Assembly (NCBI GenBank): GCA_964608215.1
Contig: CAZSMV010000002.1
Coordinates: 1,913 to 65,912, forward strand
Direction of reading: 5' to 3'
From: an uncultured Staphylococcaceae bacterium
GTDB taxonomy: Bacteria > Bacillota_I > Bacilli_A > RFN20 > CAG-826
Length of the DNA stretch: 64,000 nucleotides
This document shows, piece by piece, positions 57,206-64,000 of the stretch. Below the pieces are notes generated by a model that searched no databases, was not told the DNA's origin, and worked only from the letters and a program-made list of their open reading frames with translations. How positions within the stretch are numbered: position 1 is the stretch's first letter; the number at the start of each line of letters is the position of its first letter. The position numbers and the translations under genes are program-made.

Positions 57206-57808
57206 ATGTTAAAAAATATCAATTTATTATCATCAGATGTATGGGTGCCTATTATTGCTGTTCTTGCAGTTATCTTGGTTATTTTTATTATCATTCTTTG
57301 TTGGTGGATTTCAACCAAAAATTGGTTTAATAGAACTAAAGTTAAAATTGATGAAGCTAAATCATCAATAGATGTATCTTTAACAAAAAGATATGATTTA
57401 TTAACAAAATCTTTAGCAACAGTTAAAGGTTATGCAAAACATGAATACGAAACAATTACAAAGACTATTGAAATGCGTAATAGTGGTCATATTCAAGATA
57501 TGTCAATGAAAGAAAAAAGTGAATTTGCTGGAAAATTAACAGAAGCCAGTCGTCAACTTAATGTTATTATGGAAAATTATCCAGATTTGAAAGCAAGTGA
57601 AAATTTTTCAAGATTGCAAATTCAAATTCAAGATTGTGAAGATAATTTACAAGCTAGTAGAAGAATCTTCAATTCAAACGTTTCTATTTATAATCAAAAA
57701 GTTGTCAGCTTCCCATCTTCGCTTGTTGCAAAATCAAGTCATCTTGAAAAAGAAGATTTCTTTGAAGCAGAAAAAGCTAAAAGAGAAGATGTTAAAATTG
57801 AATTCTAA
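57206..57808 (+). CDS. LemA family protein
   Basis: It has an N-terminal TM helix and then NWFNRTKVKIDEAKSSIDVSLTKRYDLL...NYPDLKASENF...LQASRRIFN, the typical LemA pattern. The RBS is AGGAGGAG. Confidence 0.85.
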   Translation: MLKNINLLSSDVWVPIIAVLAVILVIFIIILCWWISTKNWFNRTKVKIDEAKSSIDVSLTKRYDLLTKSLATVKGYAKHEYETITKTIEMRNSGHIQDMSMKEKSEFAGKLTEASRQLNVIMENYPDLKASENFSRLQIQIQDCEDNLQASRRIFNSNVSIYNQKVVSFPSSLVAKSSHLEKEDFFEAEKAKREDVKIEF

Positions 57809-57810
57809 TC

Positions 57811-58740
57811 ATGAATTACAAAATTGATTTAATTGAAAAAGAAAGAGCAAAAAGACTAAAGACATTTAAAATAATGTCTTTAGTTTCTTTAGGCTTTTTA
57901 GTTGTAACCATTATTTTATTTATTATCGATTTTTATAGTCCAAATGAAAATTTGTTTACTGTTTTTATATTTGGATTAATTTTAACAATTATCATTTTTG
58001 TTCTGGGGATTGTAATACCTTCAAATGGATATGATAAATTCGTAAAAACAAATTTGGAAAATAAAATTATGGAAGAAGTTTTTAAGGGTAATTCTTTTAA
58101 ATATGATGCAAATGATGGAATTTCTTTTAGCGAAATGAATTGTTCTGGAATTTTTAAAAAACCAGATGCTTTTGCAACAAGTGATACAATTAGAACTTCT
58201 TATAAAGGAGTTCAACTTGTTTTAAGTGATTATATTTTTACAAGAATTACAACAACAACTGATTCTAAAGGCAATACAACGCAACATCGATATCCATATC
58301 CTGGAAGATACATGTCTTTTACTATAAATAGAGATTTTAAAAGTGGTATTGCTATTATTGATAAATCAAACAATAGTGATGTAATTGTTAGAAAATTATT
58401 TAAAAATGATATTGATTTCGAATCAATTGAATTTAATAAAAAATTTTATTTAACCACAACCGATAAAGAAAAAGCCTTTTATTTAATAAGACCAAAAGAA
58501 ATTATGGATCTTTTAGATTTAAGTAAACTCTACAAAGGAAAAATTGTTTGTGTTATTATTAATCACACAATTTATTTTTTATTAGCTGAAACCTCAGTTA
58601 AGTTCAATTTTAAGATTTTTAAAAAAATTGAAAATAAATTAATTGAGGATATATATGCTTACTATGAATTGCCTTTAAAAATTATAGACACATTAAGACT
58701 TGATAGTGAAAGATTTAATGCAAAGGAATTAGATAAATAA
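57811..58740 (+). CDS. DUF3137-like membrane protein, the usual LemA neighbour
   Basis: It has two N-terminal TM helices and a soluble C-terminal domain, and it lies immediately downstream of lemA. The family call is from memory. Confidence 0.55.
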   Translation: MNYKIDLIEKERAKRLKTFKIMSLVSLGFLVVTIILFIIDFYSPNENLFTVFIFGLILTIIIFVLGIVIPSNGYDKFVKTNLENKIMEEVFKGNSFKYDANDGISFSEMNCSGIFKKPDAFATSDTIRTSYKGVQLVLSDYIFTRITTTTDSKGNTTQHRYPYPGRYMSFTINRDFKSGIAIIDKSNNSDVIVRKLFKNDIDFESIEFNKKFYLTTTDKEKAFYLIRPKEIMDLLDLSKLYKGKIVCVIINHTIYFLLAETSVKFNFKIFKKIENKLIEDIYAYYELPLKIIDTLRLDSERFNAKELDK

Positions 58741-58755
58741 ATTGTTAAAATTTGT

Positions 58756-58829
58756 GCACCATTAGTTCAATGGTAGAATCCTTGCTTCCCAAGCAAGTTA
58801 CACGGGTTCGATTCCCGCATGGTGCTCCA
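58756..58829 (+). tRNA. tRNA-Gly (anticodon CCC) with encoded CCA
   Basis: The acceptor stem GCACCAT/ATGGTGC pairs perfectly. The D-loop is AGTTCAATGGTAGAA, the anticodon stem-loop is CTTGC-TTCCCAA-GCAAG, the T-loop is GGTTCGATTCC, and the discriminator is T followed by CCA. Confidence 0.9.
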
Positions 58830-58988
58830 TTTTAAATTTATTTGATGTAATCGATATTATTTAATTGTCCATTTTCTAAAAACGGACTTTTTATTTGGAT
58901 TAATTAAAAAAAGTATCAATAAATTTGTTTAAGATTAAATTTGTTTGTAATTAATGGCAAATATAGAAAAATAACTGGAGATTATTAA

Positions 58989-59723
58989 ATGAAATTGGCA
59001 CTAGCAGCAATAGGGAACCTAAATGGCGATATTGAATATAATAAAAACAAGATCTTAGAAACAATTTTTTTATACACTAAGAAAGTTGACCTAATTTTAT
59101 TTGGCGAAACATTTTTGCAAGGATTTGATTCTTTATCTTGGAATTATAATATCGACAAGAATATTGCAATTTCAAAAAATGACATAAATATAATAGAAAT
59201 TATGAATGCATCTAAAGAAAATCATGTAGGAGTTTCTTTTGGTTATATCGAAAAAGATGATGATTCAATTTATAGTAGTCAAATTACAATAGATAAAAAT
59301 GGAAAAATAATTAATAATTACAGAAGAGTTTCTAATGGTTGGAAAGAAAAATGTGCTGATTTTCATTATAAAGAAGGTACAGGATTTGAAGTTTTTGAAT
59401 TTGAAGAAAAGAAAATTGTTGTTGGATTATGTGGCGACTTTTGGTATGAAGAAAACATCGAAAAAATGAACAATTTAAATAAAGATTTAATTTTTTGGCC
59501 AGTATATACAGAATTTAATTATGATGAATGGTGCAATGACATTAAATATGATTATGCAAAACAAGCTTTAAAGTTTAAAAAACCTACTTTGTATGTTAAT
59601 TCTTTACCTCTTAACATTCTTGATGAAAAAATAGCAAAAGGTGGTGCCGCTTTATTCGAGAATGGTCTAATAATTGAGGAACTTTTGCCTGGAAAAGAAG
59701 AAATTTTAATCGTTGAAATATAA
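58989..59723 (+). CDS. Carbon-nitrogen hydrolase (nitrilase superfamily) protein
   Basis: FGETFLQG is the Glu region and VGLCGDFWY is the catalytic Cys region. Its size is typical of the family. Confidence 0.65.
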   Translation: MKLALAAIGNLNGDIEYNKNKILETIFLYTKKVDLILFGETFLQGFDSLSWNYNIDKNIAISKNDINIIEIMNASKENHVGVSFGYIEKDDDSIYSSQITIDKNGKIINNYRRVSNGWKEKCADFHYKEGTGFEVFEFEEKKIVVGLCGDFWYEENIEKMNNLNKDLIFWPVYTEFNYDEWCNDIKYDYAKQALKFKKPTLYVNSLPLNILDEKIAKGGAALFENGLIIEELLPGKEEILIVEI

Positions 59724-59765
59724 TCAATAATTTTCGAAGTATATTTTGATATAATTATTGATGTC

Positions 59766-61532
59766 ATGAAAAAAGAACAAAAGATTTTGAATATTGAAGA
59801 TATTAATTCACCTAAAGATATCAAGGGATTGACTACTCAAGAGCTTGAAACTTTAGCTGCTAAAATTAGGAGTTTCATAATTGAAAAATGTTCGATTTAT
59901 GGTGGACATTTATCAAGTAACTTAGGTTTAGTTGAACTAGAACTTGCTGTATATAAATTTTTTGATGTTCCAAAAGATAAAATCTTTTTTGATGTTGGAC
60001 ATCAATGCTATACACAAAAAATTCTTACTGGAAGAAAACTTGATAATTTAAGAAAAAAAGATGGTGATGATGGTTTTTTAAATACAAAGGAATCTGTATA
60101 TGATACTTATGATGCCGGTCATTCATCTACATCAATTGGTACAGCTTTAGGTTATGCATATAGTCGCGACATCAATAATGAAAAATATAAGATTGTGTCA
60201 ATCATAGGAGATGCTTCGTTTTCAAATGGTGTTGTTTTTGAGGCGATTAATAATTTATATAATTATAAAAACCAATTTTTAATTATTGTTAATGATAATG
60301 AAATGGCAATTACACGAACTGTTGGCGGTTTTTCAAATTTTCTAAGAGATACCAGTGGTAAAGCTTTAACAAATTTTAATTTACAATATGTTGGACCTAT
60401 TGATGGAAATAATATTAATGAATTATTAGATACTTTTGAAAAAGTCAAAAATTTAAATAGGCCTGTTCTTCTTCATATCAGGACGATTAAAGGCAAGGGC
60501 TATTCTTTTAGTGAACAAGATAAAATTGGAAAATATCATTTTATTAAGCCTTTTAATATAAAAACTGGTGAAATTATAGAAAGTAATAGTAATGAAAAAA
60601 TATTATTTTCATCACTATTTAGTGAACTTTTAGATAATGAAATGGATAAGAACGATAAACTTGTTGCAATAACTCCAGCCACAAGTTTAGGTACTAATCT
60701 TACAAAATTGTTTGCGAATCATAAAGATAGATCATTTGATGTAGGAATAAATGAAGAACATGCTTTACTATTTGCAAATGGTTTGGCATTATCAAAAAAA
60801 GTTCATCCATATGTTTTTATTTATTCTACTTTTTTACAAAGAGCTTATGACGAATTAATCCATGACATTTCTAGAATGGAAACGGGAGTCACAATTTTTG
60901 TTGATAGAATGGGAATGGTAGGCGAAGATGGCGCTTCTCATCAAGGGATTTATGATTTAAGTTTTTTAATGAACATCCCAAATTTAACAATTTGTTCTCC
61001 TTCTAATTATCAAGAAGCTAAAGAATTATTTAAATTTAGTTTAGGATATAATAAGCCTTTAATCATACGTTATCCAAACGCGTATACAAAAAATATTAAT
61101 GATTTAGATTTTAAAAATGTCAAAGAAATTAATTATTTAGAATGGAAAGTTATAAAAAAAGCAAAAAAGCACGATAGATGCTTGATTAGTTATGGCCCTC
61201 ATTTAGAAGAACTTAATGAGTTGGTTGATAATAAAAATATTGAAGTTGAATTAATTAATGCTGTTTTTGTGAAGCCTATAAATACAATTTTTTTGAAGAA
61301 AATATTAGATTTTCAAGAGATTATTATTTACGACCCTTATTCAGTTAAAGGAGGATTTTCTATGCACTTAGAAAATGAACTTTTAAATTTGGGTTTTAAA
61401 AATAAAATTAAAATTATTGCTATTGAAAATAAATATGTTGAAAAGGGCACTATTCTTGGTCAAGAAATTGATAATAATGTTGATGTTTTTCATATTTTGA
61501 AGTATTTACAAGAGGGTCTTTATGAAGATTAA
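59766..61532 (+). CDS. dxs: 1-deoxy-D-xylulose-5-phosphate synthase
   Basis: Motifs are GGHLSSNLGLVELELA, FDVGHQCYTQKILTGR, DAGHSSTSIGTALG, IIGDAS...NGVVFEAINN and GEDGASHQG. Confidence 0.9.
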   Translation: MKKEQKILNIEDINSPKDIKGLTTQELETLAAKIRSFIIEKCSIYGGHLSSNLGLVELELAVYKFFDVPKDKIFFDVGHQCYTQKILTGRKLDNLRKKDGDDGFLNTKESVYDTYDAGHSSTSIGTALGYAYSRDINNEKYKIVSIIGDASFSNGVVFEAINNLYNYKNQFLIIVNDNEMAITRTVGGFSNFLRDTSGKALTNFNLQYVGPIDGNNINELLDTFEKVKNLNRPVLLHIRTIKGKGYSFSEQDKIGKYHFIKPFNIKTGEIIESNSNEKILFSSLFSELLDNEMDKNDKLVAITPATSLGTNLTKLFANHKDRSFDVGINEEHALLFANGLALSKKVHPYVFIYSTFLQRAYDELIHDISRMETGVTIFVDRMGMVGEDGASHQGIYDLSFLMNIPNLTICSPSNYQEAKELFKFSLGYNKPLIIRYPNAYTKNINDLDFKNVKEINYLEWKVIKKAKKHDRCLISYGPHLEELNELVDNKNIEVELINAVFVKPINTIFLKKILDFQEIIIYDPYSVKGGFSMHLENELLNLGFKNKIKIIAIENKYVEKGTILGQEIDNNVDVFHILKYLQEGLYED

Positions 61533-62412
61533 TATAATTGAACCAATTGGGGTTTGTGATGGTGTTTTACATGCTCTATCTGAAATAACGAGGATTAGAA
61601 TCCTTAAGAAGAATAAAAATATTTATCTTTTTGGCCCGTTAATTCATAACGAAAATATTAATAAATATTTTAGAGGTTTAAAAATTGATATTATTGAAAC
61701 TAAAGGTTTAAATGAAGAAACTAAAAAGTTGTTATTGAGTTCATACAATAATGATGATGTTATTGTTTTTCAGGCTCATGGAACTAAAAACTTATATAAA
61801 GAAATTTTAGAGAAAAACGGAGTTGAGTATTTTGATTTAACTTGTCCAATAATTAAAGCAACTAAAAACTTAATTTTAAATTCATTAAATAATGAAGAAA
61901 ATGAAGTCATTTTTGTTGGAAAAAAAGAACACGATGAAACTATTAGTATTATGGATTTATCAAAAGATAACTTATTTTTATATGACATAAAGAATGGATT
62001 TATAAATGATTTAAAACCAAAAAGCGATAATATTGATATATATTTTCAATCAACTTTATCAATAACAGATTTTGAGTATTTTTGTAATTTTTTTAAAGAA
62101 AAGTATAAAAATATTCACATTAAAAATGATATTTGCCCAAAAATTCGAATTAGACAAGAAAAAATCATTCATGATTTCGAAACAAATCCAAATTTAGTTA
62201 TAGTAGTTGGAAGCGAAACTAGCAGTAACACTAATGAACTTTTTAAGATTGCATCAAACAAATATCATAATGCTATTGTAAAAAGGATTAATAGTATTGA
62301 AGAAATTGAGGATTTTGATTTTTCAAATATTAAAGAAATTAATGTTATAAGTGGAACTAGTGCACTTAATGAAACTGTAAATTCAATTGTTGATTTTTTA
62401 AAAACTAAATGA
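61522..62412 (+). CDS. ispH: 4-hydroxy-3-methylbut-2-enyl diphosphate reductase
   Basis: It has three cluster cysteines in typical contexts (GVCDGV, LTCPIIKA, DICPKIRIRQ). It overlaps the dxs stop and ends with TGA. Confidence 0.85.
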   Translation: MKINIIEPIGVCDGVLHALSEITRIRILKKNKNIYLFGPLIHNENINKYFRGLKIDIIETKGLNEETKKLLLSSYNNDDVIVFQAHGTKNLYKEILEKNGVEYFDLTCPIIKATKNLILNSLNNEENEVIFVGKKEHDETISIMDLSKDNLFLYDIKNGFINDLKPKSDNIDIYFQSTLSITDFEYFCNFFKEKYKNIHIKNDICPKIRIRQEKIIHDFETNPNLVIVVGSETSSNTNELFKIASNKYHNAIVKRINSIEEIEDFDFSNIKEINVISGTSALNETVNSIVDFLKTK

Positions 62413-62439
62413 AAATTTTACTTAAAAAACATTAAAAAA

Positions 62440-62453
62440 TGTAAGCGCTTTAT
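62440..62453. promoter_or_regulatory. cre-like box upstream of gap
   Basis: TGTAAGCGCTTTAT matches the cre core with two mismatches at the 3' end. Confidence 0.4.
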
Positions 62454-62568
62454 GTATTTCTAATAAAAGCAAATTTTTTGAATTTATTTTTGGTTTATAT
62501 TTCTTTATTTTAAAGTTAAAAATGCATATAATGTTAGCGATAGATTTTAAATCTAGATGGAGGAAATT

Positions 62569-63600
62569 ATGATTAAAGTTGCTATTAATGGTTTCGGTCG
62601 TATCGGAAGACTTGCTTTCAGAAGATGTGTTGAAAGCGGTAAGTTTGAAGTTGTTGCAATTAACGATTTAGTTGATGCCAAAACTCTCGCTTATCTTTTA
62701 AAGTACGATACTACTCATGGAAAATTCATGCCAGATAAGATTGGATATGATGAAGCAAAGAATGCTATTGTTTTTGATGGAAAATTAATTCCAATCTTAA
62801 ATAAAAAAGATCCACATGAATTAAATTGGGGAGATTACGGTGTTGATTTAGTACTTGAGTGTACTGGTCGTTTCAAAGGAAAAGCTGATGCTCAAGTCCA
62901 TATTGATAATGGTGCTAAAGGTGTTGTTATCAGTGCTCCAAGTGATAAAGATACTCCAACTTTCGTATATGGTGTTAATACCGATAAATTAACAAAGGAT
63001 ATGACAGTTATTAGTGGTGCAAGTTGTACTACAAACTGCTTAGCCCCTGTTTTAAAAGTTATTGAAGAAAAATGGGGAATTGATGCTGGTTATATGACTA
63101 CAGTTCACGCATATACCAATGATCAAACCATTCTTGACCTTGCAAAAGGAAATTTAAGAAGAGGAAGAGCTGGTGCTGCTAATGTTGTTCCAACTTCAAC
63201 TGGCGCTGCAAAAGCTATTGGTTTAGTTATTCCAAGTTTAAATGGAAGAATGAATGGTGGCGCTATTCGTGTACCAGTACCAGATGGTTCACTTGTTGAT
63301 TTAAGCTTAGTTTTAAAAGTTAAAGGTGTTACAGCTGAAGAAATTAATGCTGCAATGAAAGAAGCTAGCGAAAAAGAATTAAAGGGTGTTCTTGGATATA
63401 CTGAAGATGAAATCGTCTCAAGTGATATTTTAGGAATTACTGAAGGTAGCTATTTTGATGCAACTCAAACCAAGATTTTGAAATCACCTGACGGAACCGA
63501 ACTTGTTAAGGTTGTCTCATGGTACGATAACGAATACTCATACACTTGCCAATATGTCAGATGTGCTGAAGCAATGGCAAAAGTTCTTGGTATTAAGTAA
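62569..63600 (+). CDS. gap: Glyceraldehyde-3-phosphate dehydrogenase
   Basis: INGFGRIGR and the active site SGASCTTNCLAP. ATG at 62569 follows GGAGGAAATT; the track's 62557 start lies in the RBS. Confidence 0.95.
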   Translation: MIKVAINGFGRIGRLAFRRCVESGKFEVVAINDLVDAKTLAYLLKYDTTHGKFMPDKIGYDEAKNAIVFDGKLIPILNKKDPHELNWGDYGVDLVLECTGRFKGKADAQVHIDNGAKGVVISAPSDKDTPTFVYGVNTDKLTKDMTVISGASCTTNCLAPVLKVIEEKWGIDAGYMTTVHAYTNDQTILDLAKGNLRRGRAGAANVVPTSTGAAKAIGLVIPSLNGRMNGGAIRVPVPDGSLVDLSLVLKVKGVTAEEINAAMKEASEKELKGVLGYTEDEIVSSDILGITEGSYFDATQTKILKSPDGTELVKVVSWYDNEYSYTCQYVRCAEAMAKVLGIK

Positions 63601-63617
63601 TTAAAATTTTGATATCT

Positions 63618-63649
63618 AACGCTCTTGCCAATTAGCAAGAGCGTTTTTT
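63618..63649 (+). terminator. Hairpin terminator/attenuator between gap and pgk
   Basis: AACGCTCTTGC-CAATTA-GCAAGAGCGTT is followed by TTTTTA. Confidence 0.75.
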
Positions 63650-63670
63650 ATAAATAAGGAAGGTAATAAA

Positions 63671-64000
63671 ATGAATACAATTGAAAATTTAACAAATCTT
63701 GAAGGTAAAAAAGTAATGGTTCGTGTCGACTTCAATGTCCCTTTAAAAGGCAATGAAGTTAGAGATAATAATCGTATTGTTGCCGCTCTTCCAACAATAA
63801 ACGCTTTACTTAAAATGAAAGCTAAAGTTGTTTTATTTTCTCATTTAGGAAAAATTAAATGGGGAAAAGTCGATGATGCTGAAATCGAAAACGAGAAGAA
63901 AAAGAATGATATGGAGATTGTTTATCCAGAAGTTAAAAAATTATTGGTTCCAACTAACGTTTATTTTTCAGAAGCTACTCGTGGAGAAGAATTAAGCAAA
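63671..64000 (+). CDS. pgk: Phosphoglycerate kinase, 3' end beyond the window
   Basis: [43 protein letters not shown] is the canonical Pgk N-terminus. The RBS is AAGGAAGG. Confidence 0.9.
   Translation, partial: MNTIENLTNLEGKKVMVRVDFNVPLKGNEVRDNNRIVAALPTINALLKMKAKVVLFSHLGKIKWGKVDDAEIENEKKKNDMEIVYPEVKKLLVPTNVYFSEATRGEELSK

Noticed and set aside
1-64000. Search for CRISPR arrays, rRNA genes, intact transposases or integrases, restriction-modification, toxin-antitoxin or other known defence modules.
   Set aside because: I found no regularly spaced direct repeats, no rRNA-like conserved blocks, no recombinase, nuclease or methyltransferase motifs, and no small paired ORFs typical of TA systems by eye. 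Absence cannot be proven without HMM searches.

Overview
This is a strongly AT-rich bacterial chromosome segment, by eye about 70% A+T. It uses the standard code: TGA acts as a stop (for example at the ends of ispH and the LacI gene), and all conserved genes are intact under code 11. Gene content and style point to a reduced, low-GC Bacillota/Mycoplasmatota-like, probably gut-associated organism. The clues are many lipobox lipoproteins, lysine/glutamate-rich insertions in housekeeping proteins, and the operons rimP-nusA-ylxR-infB-rbfA, dxs-ispH and gap-pgk. I cannot name the taxon from sequence alone.

The window is dominated by two carbohydrate-utilisation loci:
- **Galactan/galacto-oligosaccharide locus (about 6.4-18.3 kb).** It encodes GH2, a GH13 lipoprotein, a GH53 lipoprotein endo-galactanase, a solute-binding protein (SBP), two permeases and a MalK/MsmX-type ATPase.
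- **Phosphorolytic beta-manno-oligosaccharide locus (about 32.8-48.3 kb).** It encodes mannose-6-phosphate isomerase, a CE2-like SGNH esterase, an ATPase, two GH130 phosphorylases, a 2-epimerase, two permeases, an SBP, a GH36 alpha-galactosidase and a LacI regulator. No endo-mannanase is present.

Also present are:
- a translation/transcription operon;
- one tRNA-Gly(CCC);
- several transporters;
- a decayed mobile-DNA patch (1.3-3.6 kb) with an IS3-family remnant and a frameshifted AAA+ ATPase gene;
- several lineage-specific hypothetical genes.

The most unusual stretch is 49.55-50.3 kb. It is a hairpin-dense, non-coding, relatively G+C-rich segment bracketed by a recombinase-core-like palindrome (TTCCTAGAA-N8-TTCTAGGAA) and an inverted 21/22-nt copy of it. 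That copy lies inside the 3' end of an XRE-family regulator ORF, which also contains a perfect 14-bp bidirectional terminator hairpin.

I found no CRISPR array, rRNA, intact transposase, recombinase or recognisable defence system. All functional calls rest on motif recognition by eye. No database search was run.
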